From contig NC_134029.1 in NCBI RefSeq assembly GCF_964204645.1, forward strand, positions 15,246,950 through 15,310,949: a stretch of DNA of 64,000 nucleotides, given 5' to 3'. Below, one piece after another: positions 12,867 to 26,039 of the stretch. The notes below the pieces were generated by a model, which did not search any database, was not told the DNA's origin, and saw only the letters and a list, made by a program, of their open reading frames with translations. Position 1 is the first letter of the stretch. Each line of letters opens with the position of its first letter. Origin of the DNA: Tubulanus polymorphus (taxonomy: Eukaryota; Animalia; Nemertea). The position numbers and the translations under genes are program-made.

Positions 12867-12872
12867 ATTTGA

Positions 12873-13385
12873 ATGAGTTTTAATAAAAGTTTTGTTATAA
12901 AAATGAAGAAAGAAGAAGAACCCAAATTCAAAATCCAAATCAATGAAACCAATAAATTATTTTCACAGTTTAACATTAGAAATTATATTTCAGCAACAAA
13001 TTTAGTGTCCGCAAGACATTATAAAATTGATAATATTACTGTAATTAATCAAATATTATCAAATGAAACATATTCAATTACTGAACTAGTAGATACTTTT
13101 GATAATGGAATCAAAAATCCTAAAATATCTAATACAGTTTTAAATTTTAAAGGAACTTTAGATGAAAACATAATAAATATTCTTAAAATTCCTTTCAATG
13201 AAAGAAAATGTGATATAATACTTTCAAAAGATTATAACGATTTGATTAACTTAAGAATTGAAAAACGACAATTATATTATTTCAATTTTGATAATAAACA
13301 AATTATCTATAATGAAAATTCATCAAATGTTGCAATTCAATGTGAATTAGATAATATAAAGATGTTGGAGTTCAATGTAATTTAG
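12873..13385 (+). CDS. Hypothetical protein within Polinton-like remnant B
   Basis: 170-aa open frame in very AT-rich DNA; no recognisable motif. Confidence 0.4.
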   Translation: MSFNKSFVIKMKKEEEPKFKIQINETNKLFSQFNIRNYISATNLVSARHYKIDNITVINQILSNETYSITELVDTFDNGIKNPKISNTVLNFKGTLDENIINILKIPFNERKCDIILSKDYNDLINLRIEKRQLYYFNFDNKQIIYNENSSNVAIQCELDNIKMLEFNVI

Positions 13386-13646
13386 ATGATGAACTTAGAA
13401 AATTCAATCCTAATGAAAAAGTGTATCGTTATTGCGGAGGTAAATATTTAAAATCACATAAATCAAAACATTATCAAGAGTTAAACATATCGAATATGAA
13501 AAAAAAAAATATATATATTGAAATAAGATTAAGCTGTGTGTTTCAGATGTCATAACTCAAAATAATAATTCAACTCTAAATATTCATATTCAAAATAAGA
13601 CATTTCAAATAACTTATCAATCTTTTAATTTCTTTTCTTTAAATAA

Positions 13647-13865
13647 ATGGATGGTTTCATTCCAACTGGGAAAAGTGTTTTTAAACATTATCTTATAGCA
13701 GGAGGGTTAATATTGGCTGCGCTTTTCCTTTACTATGAGAATATAAGTAAAGTTCTAATGAATGAAAATATTAAATTGAGTAATAAGTTTAAGAAGTTAA
13801 ATGGAAACAACCACAGAAAAAATAACAATAAAAAAGTTAATGATTTAAATGATTTGGAGGATTAA
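13647..13865 (+). CDS. Small single-pass membrane protein (Polinton-like)
   Basis: TAAATG start; hydrophobic stretch YLIAGGLILAALFLYY. Confidence 0.45.
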   Translation: MDGFIPTGKSVFKHYLIAGGLILAALFLYYENISKVLMNENIKLSNKFKKLNGNNHRKNNNKKVNDLNDLED

Positions 13866-13983
13866 AACAGCATCCTTTAATTTGATTTATTTTATATATT
13901 TTAACTATAAAAATGAGTGAAAGTAAGGTATTAGATTTATTACATCTATAGATGAATATCAACAGAATATTAAATGAATTATT

Positions 13984-14232
13984 ATGCTTACAGGTTTATT
14001 TTCTTTTTCAATTTATAGTATAAAACAGTTGTTAGAATTCTATGATTCTTGTAAAATTAGATACGCGAAATTAAAAAAAAACATTGATTTTATTTCAGAT
14101 AGAATAATTGATATCAAGTGTTGTGAAATATGCAATAAAAAATATAAAGATAAAAAGAGTTTGAGAAATCATAGATATATTCATGAGCTTAAGAATGAAC
14201 TGTATAATTCAAATAAGGTTATTCATATATGA
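13984..14232 (+). CDS. Small C2H2 zinc-finger protein or fragment
   Basis: CEICNKKYKDKKSLRNHRYIH. Confidence 0.45.
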   Translation: MLTGLFSFSIYSIKQLLEFYDSCKIRYAKLKKNIDFISDRIIDIKCCEICNKKYKDKKSLRNHRYIHELKNELYNSNKVIHI

Positions 14233-14333
14233 TATTTTAATTCTTTACATTTGACTAGAATAATACAAGATGATACTAACTTACTCAAGGTAAAGTTTTT
14301 CTGTTGTACACTTGGAATATCCCGAACCTAATA

Positions 14334-14337
<4 letters not shown>

Positions 14338-14406
<69 letters not shown>
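14338..14406. repeat. (TA)n microsatellite
   Basis: Direct reading. Confidence 0.95.
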
Positions 14407-14409
<3 letters not shown>

Positions 14410-15229
14410 AATAATCTATATGGTTGGGCAATGATGGAACCTCAACCTTATATTTAGAGATATTTTAAATTGAACTCATTTATATTTGATGTTATTTAAT
14501 ATATAAATATTTATATTTAGAGTTATTTAAATGATTATTCCATCATATTCCATATCATCCATATTAGATTTTAATATCCATAGTTTTGCTTCTTTCAATT
14601 TTTCAAAATTTATTAAATAGACATGAAATATTTTTTCCATTTTAACAATAAAATATTAGTTTCAGTAACATTAATATCTAAATTAATTAACGAATTTAAA
14701 ACTAAATCTTCATATTTATTATTATTATTATTATTATCTATTGATGGAATATTGTAGCTAATTACTTTATTATATTGAAAATCTTTATGTTCAATTTTGA
14801 AGTTATTCCGGTTAAAACATTTGAACTTAAACCTAAGACACCAATTGATATAGCTAAAGGTGTAAATCGACTGAATATTGCTGATTATGATATACATTGC
14901 TAATTGTAACAGATCCACTTATAATAAGATAATGCGTAATTTTACTTTTTAAATATTTTCTCTTTTATTATTTTCAAATTATTTTCAAATTCTAATATTT
15001 GGTTTTTCTAGATGATTTTAATATAAATTTACTTATATAATGCGGAATAATAATAATGCCATCAATTTTATCCCTCATTTATATTATGAAAAGATTATCA
15101 ATTCGTAAATTTATAAGTTACAAATAATACAATAATTGTTCCATCTAAAATCCAAATTATTATTCATATTTTTGTTGTTCTATGCTTCATGTATAGTAAT
15201 CTGATAATTTTGGTTCACATAGACGTAGT

Positions 15230-15479
15230 TTTTCATTATTTGTTATTGAATTATATAAATTCATTGCTTCATCAACTGATTTAAAATCTCTATGTGATAT
15301 ATTTTGATGATAAAGTTGTTTATCAATATAATCTAAATGAGTTTGTCTTTTTTCTCTATATTGTTCAGTTGCTTTATAACATTTCTCAATATGTTTAAAC
15401 TAATAGCCACCATCAGTAAATGCTAATAATGTGTTAACAATATTGCTGATCTAATAATAGTTATAATCGCAGATGCCAT
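15230..15479 (-). pseudogene. Degraded conserved Polinton/adintovirus small gene
   Basis: TAAATG start, MASAIITII..LAFTDGG..REKRQTHLDYIDKQL..DFKSVDEAMNLYN; family recognised from memory. Confidence 0.45.
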
Positions 15480-15657
15480 TTATTTAACAAAAAAAATTAA
15501 ACATCAATTGGAGGAATATATTTCTGTTTTTCTAAATAAACAATTGTGAAATAAGATTAAAAAGTTACAGCTAATGGTAATTTAAAAGTATTATTTATAT
15601 CAAATCTATCAACATTAATATTTCCTACTTCAAATACTTTTAAATAACAAAGATAGC

Positions 15658-15727
15658 GGGAGAAAGGGAGAGAGGGAGAGAGGGAGAGGGAGAGAGGGAG
15701 AGAGAGAGAGGGAGAGAGGGAGAGAGA
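15658..15727. repeat. (GGGAGAGA)n purine simple repeat
   Basis: Direct reading. Confidence 0.9.
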
Positions 15728-16164
15728 ATTCTTTAATTCTCTAATAACTCTATTATAATTTTTACAATTTTCAATATTATAAAATTTATATAATGTATAA
15801 TACTTATTAATTTAAAATAACATTTATTTTTCATTTTATTAATATAAGAATTTCTTATTTTAATATTTATTTCGACATTTACATATTTAATTTATTTTAA
15901 TATTTATTTTTTATATTTTGATATTGATTTTTTATATTCTCATATTTTTCTTTAATATTTTAAAACATAGAATATTCAAATAAATATGAGAGTATGTGTA
16001 TAATTATTTAGCGGACAAAAGCAAGTGATATTGGACAGGTATTTGTCCATGGAAACCAACATGTGTATAATTATGTTTTCAGATTGAAGGTTGAAAAGTT
16101 GTGTGAATAAAATAAAAGTAAATTCGACCTGGTGGGAATTTATTTTTATTTTATGAGCTCAACC

Positions 16165-17020
16165 TTTTTACCTTTCGAACACATCGCTTTTACCCTTCAA
16201 AAACATCTCGTTTTTACCCGTCAAAATTATCGTTTCCCCCGTCAAATACATCGTATTTACCCGTCAAAACCATCTCGATTCTACCGTCGAACACAGCAAT
16301 TTTACCCCTCACAAACATCGTTTTTACCCGTCAAACACATGGTTTTTACCTGTCAAAAATATCTAAATTTTTACCCGTCAAATTAAGCATCAAATCACGT
16401 ATTTGGACCTGAAAAAATCAATATCATTTCATTGCTCCCACGTTCTTCTTTAGACTGTGGTTGATGAGAGCGTGTGCCTGATCCTTTCTTTTTACCCCAC
16501 TTGAGCCTTAAGTGCTATTGCGTTCACTTTTTGTCCAGCACCCGTCCGTCCCTAGACGGAATCCAGCTATTTTGTGAAGATTGAAGACCCTTCAATAGAT
16601 TTTCTTCAAATTTGGATTATACGATACATGGTGTCTCTGCGCCCCTAGTTCAATAGTGAACTTGGGGATCCCTAATGTTGCAAACCAATATCCTATAATC
16701 GTCCATCAAGTCGCTTTGGAGGGTCCATAAAAGTGAGCCGTTTAAGCTTAAAAGCTGGACTCGATACCTGTCAAATTCTTCGTTGAGTTGCCATGAAACA
16801 ATTTTAGTGAGGTCCAAATATTCGGCCAAGTATGTGATTTGATGCGTAGTTTGACGGGTAAAAACGGTTGTTTTGTCGGGTAAAAAACGAAGTGTTTGAC
16901 GGGTAATTACGATGCGTGTGACGGGTTAAAACAATGTTTTAAAGGGTGAAATTGGTGAGTTTGATGGGTAAAATCAAAATGTTTTTTGACGGAAAAATAC
17001 GATGTTTTAGACGTTTAAAC
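16165..17020. mobile_element. Foldback-like MITE with inverted arrays of TTTACCCGTCAAA
   Basis: ttttacccgtcaaa repeats at 16210-16385 mirrored by tttgacgggtaa repeats at 16850-17000. Confidence 0.6.
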
Positions 17021-17433
17021 AATATGATTGACAAATTGGCAAATATGAAGTTTTTATTTGACAGTATATCTATGATAGCGATTTTGACGTTGAGAGAAAG
17101 TCCGTACGCCCGAGCTCAGTTAGTTCTAGAGAACGTATCGGGGTCAGTGTAATAAGTCCGTACACATTTCACTACCACGGGAAACTGTATTTTTATCATC
17201 CTCGGAGCTACAACCATTACACTTGGTTCATGGTTCATTCCTACTAAAACCATATTGATCCATGTTCGTATATTCGTGCTAAATTTCGGCAATGTTCATC
17301 CTAAAACTGCTGATTACTCGTCAATGATATAAAGTACGTTTGTGGTGACATGGAGACACTTCGAAGGCATCATAGCGAGGGTTTACACGCCAGTAAGACA
17401 AAAACTGTTATCAATACTTTGCTGCTATATCTA

Positions 17434-18625
17434 CAGTCAACCATTGACATACCGCCCATATCTATTAAGAACTGTCGAAACGGGAATCTTTGACCTCTAC
17501 TCGAGCGAGATGTAAAAAACGTCAAAAATACCTAGTCAACACAGAGAGTTCCTTTCTGATGAACTAATTTTATTTTCCTCGATCTTCACAGTCTAAATGT
17601 TTAAATGTCTTCTCGACCATCTAGAACAACCAGTTTATATAGTCAAACTTCCTAACTATCTTTCGATAAAGACCTTGCCACAACAGTAAAAATTGTCGCT
17701 AGCTCAACCTGCGTTGGACGAGAAAAAACAATGCAATGTGAAATGTCGATATACGTGACATTTTCTCATTAAATTCTGTCATACCGTTTGAGTTATAGTT
17801 TGCAACAGCAGTTTATGTTCGCAAGGGTATTGTCGTGCGACCTGGAGGGGGAAGCCCGAAATTGCTGTGGGAGAGCGCCGCTGTTCTTGTTCGTGACGTA
17901 TGCACTTCCCCTCCTGTCCTGCACGGCGATATAAAAACCAGAGACCAAACATAACCAACAACTAAACTCAGGTTGATAAAATGATGCAAGGGTTCTATTG
18001 CATGAAACTTTAACAAATGACAACTGACAATATCATATCACCCTTACCCTACTTGGTGCGCTGCCTCTGCTCTGGTCGAAGCCGCCAATGTTGCTCTCCC
18101 TCTCCGTTTTTCCCCGAGAGTACCGTGCATTTATTCTAGAAATTTATCTTATCTAATTCCGGGTTTGAACATAAAGCTTTTAATTATTCTATAATTACTA
18201 AACAGCAGGAATTGTCCCACGAGCTTGAGATAGCGTAATAGCAGAAAGTGATACGTAGTTAAATTGATTAAAATGCCTATGTCACAACAGTATTATCCAC
18301 GAGCAGCCTTCGTGATATTCGTCATTATTGCCTTTGGCTCAATTCGTACACAAAGTCATAGATATCTAAAGCAAGAAATTATTATTGCCAAGTTAAAAAG
18401 TTTCATCTCGAAAGATGGCACTGCTGATGCACTACCTATGCTTTGAAACTGGTGTTGAAATGCCGTTAATAATAAATGCCGCTGTCACAGAACTGTTTTG
18501 GTGGTATTAGGAGTATGGCGGTATATCGGGGGTATTTTATTATGTATTTGTATAGAGATGTACATTGAGAAAACCTGGCGGTAGGCGGGGCGGTATATGG
18601 GAGGACGGTATACTGGGGTTGACTG
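17434..18625. mobile_element. Tc1/mariner-like non-autonomous element
   Basis: ta|cagtcaacc...ataccgcc at left; ggcggtat...ggttgactg at right; right flank is tg rather than ta. Confidence 0.5.
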
Positions 18626-18650
18626 TGCATTTTCTCGTTTAACCTTTCAG

Positions 18651-18776
18651 CTGTTAGTGATTGCGAAAGTAATCTCGAAGTCTGTAAAAATGGACAATGT
18701 CACGTGCAACAGAAAGGCTATTTCTGCACTTGTAATCAAGGATTCACTGCTAGTTCGGATAGAAAGTCATGCATAG
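18651..18776 (+). CDS. Fibrillin-like gene exon: EGF domain
   Basis: tttcag|..|gtaagt, 126 nt, phase 1-1; VSDCESNLEVCKNGQCHVQQKGYFCTCNQGFTASSDRKSCI. Confidence 0.85.
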   Translation: MLVIAKVISKSVKMDNVTCNRKAISALVIKDSLLVRIESHA

Positions 18777-18924
18777 GTAAGTTTAGATGATGCTCTGATC
18801 ACGTGCGTTCAGTCTTTTACTATTCCTAGAGCCCACGTGTTTTCTGCTACGGACGTTCGGTATAAGATTTTTCAGATCGACGCAATGAAATGAACACTTA
18901 GTAGTCATCAACACGACTATTATC

Positions 18925-19335
18925 ATTATGTCACCCCGATACGGCGGGGCGAAATTACATTTTACTCAGCGTACGCTGTGCGCCGTACTGTACACACTTC
19001 AAGTTACATGTGATTTCCTTTAAATTTGGTATGTGTAATGGGGTTGGTCGATAGATTGAACCTATCGAAAATGAGCTTTCTCGCCCTCCTTGAACTTCTT
19101 GTAAGCACTCAACACACGTCAAATAACGTGCAATTTCTTATAAACTTGGTGCGGGTAGTGGATTCGGTCCATTGATGCGACCTATTAAAAATCTGCATTC
19201 TCGCTCTTACAATATGGCGGACATCTCGATTTTTTGTGCTATACAAGATAAATTATTTACTTGGAAAATCATTTTCCTGCCATCTTGATTGGGGGGGGGG
19301 GGGGGGGGTTCACTAGTTTAGGGACATCTTTTGTG
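18925..19335 (+). mobile_element. Helentron-associated (HINE-like) non-autonomous element
   Basis: 5' ttatgtcaccccg-atacgg-cgggg hairpin, two internal diverged repeats (aaa(t/c)ttggt..cctat), G-rich 3' end. Confidence 0.4.
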
Positions 19336-19809
19336 GATAAAAGTATAAGTAAGATCATTCAATCCTTTAATGACTAGTTACCTGGCCTGCGTTTTTCAAA
19401 GCAGTGTTAAGTTATCCCTGTGATAAGACTATCCCAGTGTAAAATTTAACTATCCCGGTGATTGTTATCACAGGGATAACTTCTCGTTTTTCAAAAGCAT
19501 TTTACCCCAGTGATAACTATCACCGGGATAAGAGCATTTATCCCAGTGATAACATAAAGAAAATGGCTGACATTTCAGCCTAATCACTCACTTCAAGAAC
19601 TAACATATAGGATTTCTTCACATCACAGGATCACTGAGGCTACACAGTGGTGTTTTCATATATTTTGTTTATCTTATGTCACATATATGGATGTATTATT
19701 GCCATGATCAGTCACCGAGCAACCATAACCATGAAAAATAAATCAATATTTTGTTCCTATATGTCTCTGTACAAGACCACAATTTAAGTCAGACAGTCAC
19801 AGACACACA

Positions 19810-21022
19810 ATGGATAAATTTTCTGAGGACAAGAATTCTAACCTATAAAGGAAACGAAAAGCTAATTTTACTTCGAGTGAGCGTGTTATTCTAACTGAAA
19901 TGGTGAAGGCTAATGAAGATGTACTATTTTCAAAACTAACAAACACTGTAACGAATATGAAGAAACAGAAGATCTGGGAGTCAATTGTCGCTCAAATTAA
20001 TAGTCTAGGTATCTGCGAAAGGACTGTTAGTGAGGTGAAAGATAAATGGAAGCACTGCGTTTCAGGCGCAAAAAAAAGTTTGTCACTTATGAAAAACGAT
20101 ATAAAGAAAACAGGTGGCCCGCCCATAGCGACATTAAACGACACGGATGAAGTAATCTTGGGTATGTTTGAAGACTGTCCTTCTTTTCATGGAATCGATG
20201 CCGGTGTAGAAACAGATCGTAAGTTTAATGTACAAAAATTAACCCATTATTTTCTTAATGACGCCCTCAAAGAATCATTAAATTTAAAACAGCAATATAC
20301 AGTTTTGACAGTTTTATATCTTGAAGGCCGAATTATTTAAACTGCAGTTATTTGTAGTAGTCCGCAGGTAGGCCTGCATGTATTTTATTCATACATTTCA
20401 GGCTTTGACAGTAGGTCTTCTATTACCAGTCTACCGCCTACAGCTACAATTTCGAAACACCCGGAATCTGATGAAAGACCAATCTTAACTGAAGGTAGGC
20501 CTAGCTGATTGTATTTTTTGTATTGCATATTATATTCTTTCTTATGTAATATGCGATTGTCACATGAATACTATGCAAAATCTACCAGCTTTAGCTTTGT
20601 TCCATGAATGTATCAATTCAAATATTTCAATCTTGATTCCCTTTCACAGTACCTCAGCAACTCACTCACGAAACAAGTGACACCACAACATTAAATGACT
20701 GCAAGGAAGCAGGTACGTAATGTCATGTCGTTCATAAACGAAAAAATGAAATATACAATAAATGCCTTATCGATAAACATGTAATATTTATTGTAACGGT
20801 TATGATAAAATTTCATTTACAGATATGGAGGCCACTTCGAACAAACCAAAGATTCCTCAGCAAATCCGTGTAACTCGGGATATGATTCGGCGGGTTCAAT
20901 ACGAAGATAGTGAAAGATTGCGTTTGACAAATACCAACTTGGAACTTCAAAATGAAAAGATTATTTTGGAAATATATTTACTGCAGCAGCAGAATGGCGT
21001 TAAAGTTGTTAATGAACAATGA
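19810..21022 (+). CDS. Harbinger Myb/SANT-like DNA-binding protein (spliced; early in-frame stop)
   Basis: RKRKANFTSSE..KQKIWESIVAQINS..RTVSEVKDKWK..KKTGG; donor at 20219; coiled-coil last exon 20823-21022. Confidence 0.8.
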
Positions 21023-21221
21023 TTTAACAAATAAGATACATGTTTGTCTTATTTTAACCAGCCAACAGGCTTCCAAAATTCATCCGTTCAATGATTATAT
21101 GTTTAATGATTTTCAGATATTTGTCGACATTTTTCAATGAGTTTAATTACATGAATAGATTATATTTAACAGATATGAGCTTTCTTGTTTTCTTAAGAAA
21201 TCCAAACTCAAAACGCACCAG

Positions 21222-22668
21222 TTATCTGAAAAAAGTCTGCACAATATGATTCCTCACAGCATTGCCAATATCTCGTCCTTCATACGGCTCCAACCAAATC
21301 GGAATTCGTTGTTGTGGTTCATATTCCACCTCGGGTTCTCCAAATTCTATGGCTAGATTATGCAACACAAAGCACGCCGCAATTACATGACAACAACATG
21401 CTGGTTTCAATTGCAGTTCACCATGAAGAACCTGAAAATAATGTATAGAAAAATTAGTATGCTATTTCTCTATAGTTGATTTGATTGTCTGATAGAGTCT
21501 CAATCAGTTAATCAACTGCAATTAATTGTTTATCCCCTTGAAGAATGTATCCGTGTTTTTCAAGAAAATAGAAAATTGCGATTTAATCGATGCATCGTAA
21601 AAACCTAAAACAAATGTAGTTCTTGAAAAGTGGAAGTTGAATTCTAGTCAAAGTTGCTTCCCAGCAATTGGGTAATTTGATAATTACCAAAAAACGTTTT
21701 TTTCAATTTTCCAAAAGCCATTTCAACCTGTACTCTTGATGACGTATGCGCTCGGTTGTAACGCTTCTGTCCTAGATTACTTGGCCGCAAATATGGTGTC
21801 ATCAGGTAAGATGAGCAACCATAGCCACTATCACCAATAATCAATCCGTCTTCAAGGGTTCTGTAATTATCTTCTAAATATCTAAAATGCAATTTTCAGA
21901 CATAAATGAATTAATTTAGACCATATATATTTAAACAAGGTACCAATTTTTTACCTCTTGAGTGCCGAGTTGCGGAAAATATGTGAGTCATGACAGGAGC
22001 CTGGCCACTTCGCTACAACATTGATATTACCTATTTAAAAGAAAGTTGATTTACTGATAAACTCGATACTGACAGAATAAACCAACAAACAAGAAGCAAA
22101 ACATACCTGTATGGTCACATACTGCCTGGGTATTTATTGAATGAAATCCTTTTCTGTTGACATATGCATTTTCATTCTCTTGCGGGCCCTTAATACGAAT
22201 CTGCGTACAATCAACTGCACCAATACAATTAGGAAAACCTCCAAAATCATAGAAACCTTGGCGTATTCGATTTCTATCCTGATCTGTGGTCGGACAGACT
22301 ATATATTCGTTACTTTTTCTGGCAAGCGCCTCTGATACTCTATGGACACATTTCCAAACAGTTGATTTAACAAGACCAAATGTATCACCCAGTGCTTCCA
22401 AATAACTACCCGTTGCGTAATATCGGAGAGCAACCTTCACTTGTAACTCAGCAGAAAGTGCTTTGGAACGTTGTGTATCATACGTTATAACTTCTCGAAT
22501 TAAATTTGTTATTCGTGTGATATTTTCCGAACTAAATCTATATTTCTGTCTCACTTCATTTTCTGAATAATCATTAATTGCAAATTTAACTGTTTCGTGA
22601 TATCGATAGCGGCGTGGGTGTCTATAAATTCGTTCTTGATAGATATCATCATAAAAAATGGCAGCCAT
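21222..22668 (-). CDS. Harbinger DDE transposase (HARBI1-like), 4 exons: 22668-22107, 22030-21955, ~21882-21690, ~21431-21222
   Basis: GAVDCTQI, YVNRKGFHSINTQAVCD, AKWPGSCHDSHIF, IGDSGY, RVQVEMAFGKLK, ACFVLHN; GT-AG introns. Confidence 0.9.
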
Positions 22669-22989
22669 TTTGATAATTTATCCTGGTGATAGTGTTGCTA
22701 TCACCACGTCGGAGGTGTGTTAACTTTATCACTGGGATAGCTGATTTTATCCCGGTGATAAAGTTAACACAGGTTTGAAAAACACACTATCCCAGTGATA
22801 AAAATATTTAACACCGGGATAGCGATTTATCACCGGGATAGGGCTTATCACCGCTTTGAAAAACGCAGTACTTTACAAGTTATAATTATAGTACCAGGTA
22901 AAGGGAATAAATGTAATTACGTTAATAAATAATGTTGCTGCATCAAATCTTTATAAAATAAATGAAGGCCCACTGTATGTCGGACAAGG

Positions 22990-23420
22990 GGGTCAAGCTC
23001 ATATGGATTTTATGTAGCACTCCCACCGATAAACTATCTAAGTTTGTGGATTTTCATCTACAACCAATAATGATTTACATACCTTCGTTTACGAGGGACA
23101 CTACAGATTTGATTAAACAATTGGACGATTATGGTAAACTTCCAAGTCATGCTCTTTTGGTGAGTATTGACGTGGTTGCTCTATATCGTAGTGTCGCTAT
23201 AGACCGAGGGTATTGACTGTATTAGGGAGTATTTGTCTGATGCGCGCTTCACGTCCCACGATCATGACGTACTTTTTAAGCATGTGAACTTGTACTGAGG
23301 TCAAATATAATCAATTTTGGAGATAATCTGTTACTGTAGAAATCTCGAACTGCAATTGGCACTAAAATGGCTCCTTCATTTCCTAATATTTTCATGCATT
23401 ATTTTGAGAACAATATTTTG
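22990..23420 (+). pseudogene. Penelope-like reverse transcriptase fragment
   Basis: TPTDKLSKFVDFHLQP..DTTDLI..LLVSIDVVALY; TAIGTKMAPSFPNIFM. Confidence 0.75.
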
Positions 23421-23504
23421 GCCATTTGGCTTCGTGGAGAGGAAACTGTAGAAGCAATAGATAAAGGGTCTTTTTGTATGGGAAAAGATAGTAAGTGTGC
23501 AGTG

Positions 23505-23628
23505 TGCACGATAACGTACACTTTGATGTGTGCTGGTGCGCACACTGAATGCAAATGGCTCGGGTTTGCACGATAACGTACACTTTGATGTGTGCTGGTG
23601 CGCACACTGAATGCAAATGGCTCGGGTT
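23505..23628. repeat. Perfect tandem duplication, 2 x 62 bp
   Basis: tgcacgataacgtacactttgatgtgtgctggtgcgcacactgaatgcaaatggctcgggtt twice. Confidence 0.9.
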
Positions 23629-24764
23629 ACAAGGAGGGACTATGTTGAAAAGATAGCACAGCATTTAGTAACAATATTTGATATGTAAGGACTTTTAAGG
23701 GATGGTTAGTATAATACACGAGGGAGTAGAATGGAAGTAGCAGGGATTTATAATTAGTATTGGTATTATATATTTTATTTATATATGATACCAAATAGGG
23801 TAAGGGAAGAAGCGGGTGAGGTAATGGTATAGGAATGTTAAGAATGTACCAATTAAAATATAAGTCTTAGGTTTTTGGTTCAGGGAGGGTACAAAAGAGA
23901 GTACATGAGAGAGAATACAAAAAAAGTTGGGGAGATAAAGCAGAAAGATATGTAACACTAAGAAGAGGAAATAAAGAAGCAGTGTGATCATCACTTAAGA
24001 AAGACTTGTACGTGTTAGCACTTTATATCTGCTTGGAAAAGAGAAAGATCCATCAGTACAGCATTAGTAAGAAGAACGAGGTGACACAACAAGTGGTACA
24101 GAGATCGTTAAGCCCCATAACAACTGGTGGAGATTGTGGTACCATTACAAGTGGTGGAAATCGAATAACCATTACACAACGCTTATTAGATTCACGAAAA
24201 AGCTCAACTCCTTCCACCCCTCCAGTAAAGTAACCGCTACGTGGAGAAAAAAAAACATGGCCGACGTAGCCAGTTCACGTCCTAACGAGCTCTGGGAATA
24301 ATATAGCTTTCTACCTTCATGGCTGTGTAAAATCTCGGATATACGCTATACTGATCATCAAAATTTTAGTTCGAAGGCTTGATAGATCACCGTGGTCAAT
24401 TAGGGTATGTCGAATTAACTGATTAAGCTGAAGTAGACAGCACAGTGATTATAAATGGATGTGTAATCAGCAGTTAGAAAGTTGTCTTTTTTGTTGAAAT
24501 TAAGTTTCTCTTAGTAGCTCCGGATATTGAAATGCTATCAGAGAAATAAAGACAAATCTGGGATGAGATTAAGATGAATTGTTTAAAATTTCGCAAGTCG
24601 TAAATTGTGAATCGTCTCGTATTTCTACCTGCAATTCCAAGGTCACTATAATGTTTCTACGCGTATACGGTGGTATCAAATCTATCTGAATTAAACTGTA
24701 CTCACGCGTGTCACTCTACAATCTCTACAGCGTAATCCGACAATAATCTGTGATCTTAACAACC

Positions 24765-25802
24765 ATGGCCGATCAAAATAAAACAGAGAAAGATAAACCA
24801 CACCGTGCAAAAAAATCAACTGATAGCGAGGTTTTTATGGATTCTGGAAGTATTGATGCTACGGACAAAACTGATGAACCTGCCCCGTCTGCTTTTCTAT
24901 CTGCTGACAAATCTGCTAAACGCCCGCAAAAGAAAAAACGCAAACAGGCTCCTGTATCATCCTCTAATGCCGATACCTCAATTAACAATACGAATGTCAA
25001 TGCTATTGTAAACACGGACAGTGTCAGCAATTCTGTTCACACTGATCATCCATATAGTCCCTCTTCCTCTGCTATTCTTGAAACTCTAATTATGATTCAA
25101 AAGTCCATGGTAACAAACGAATGTCTTGAAAAATTTAAGCTCTCCCTGGAGGATACTATGGACCGAAAATTAGAATTGCATTATCAACGCGTTATTAAAA
25201 ACTAGAACGATATGAATGCCGCCTTTACGATCTCGAACGGGAAAATGATAATCTAAAGAAAGAACTAAAAGATCTTAATTTGAAAGATGACGAGCAAAAA
25301 CTTGAGTTCAAATGTCTGAAACAGGACCTAATATCTATCAAGCGGAAAACGGTTGAAAATGAACAATATTCCCGCCGTAATAATATTCGTGTTTTCGGAA
25401 TAAAGGAAAATGCCGGAGAAGACTGTGCGCAAATCGTTATCGATAATCTAAAATCTAACATGCCAGAAGAAATTTTTGACAACCTTACGCTGAACGATAT
25501 CGATGTTTGTCACAGGATAAAGCCAAAAGTACCCAGCGTTGACGAGGATGGAGAGAACCTCCCGAATCCAATTATTGTTCGGTTTAAAGACCACCATGTT
25601 CGTAACAGGATATTTTTCAATAAAAAACACTCAAAAGGGAAAAAAATATTCGTGAAAGAAGATTTGTCGCCTGAAATTGTCACTTTTTATGGCTACTGTT
25701 AGAAAAAAGAGGGATTTCCTCAAAATGTGGACGATCAATGGCAAAATTTATGCTCTTAACAAAGACGGTATAAAACTGCCAATTAAACTTTATGAATTCT
25801 AA
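24765..25802 (+). pseudogene. LINE ORF1 (coiled coil + RRM-type domain), frameshifted
   Basis: EQYSRRNNIRVFGIKE, IDVCHRI, PIIVRF, IFVKEDL. Confidence 0.8.
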
Positions 25803-26039
25803 TATAAAAACCATTTAGTAATTTTCAAATTTACTGTACTGTGCTTATTTCTACTCTTGTTTACCTATTTATGTAAAGTCACGTGTGTAATTCTATAATT
25901 CTCTCTGCTCCAGTGACGATGACTATCATTGCGCGCGGACTACAGAATTTATTATAGGTTTACCTCAGCATGCTCGCTTCTTTTCTTACCTTCATATATA
26001 TACTTGTCACACGTCGCGGACTTTGTCATTATTTATACA

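Larger units (their letters stand above)
19384..22871. mobile_element. PIF/Harbinger DNA transposon with two convergent genes
   Basis: TIR ctgcgtttttcaaagc(a/g)gtg; many subterminal TATC(A/C)C(A/C/T)G(G/T)GATA motifs; Myb/SANT and DDE genes. Confidence 0.9.

Noticed and set aside
24773-25630. Short antisense or alternate-frame ORFs over LINE ORF1 (similar cases at 12145, 22141, 33511, 38762, 56231)
   Set aside because: Shadows of recognisable genes, with no motifs of their own
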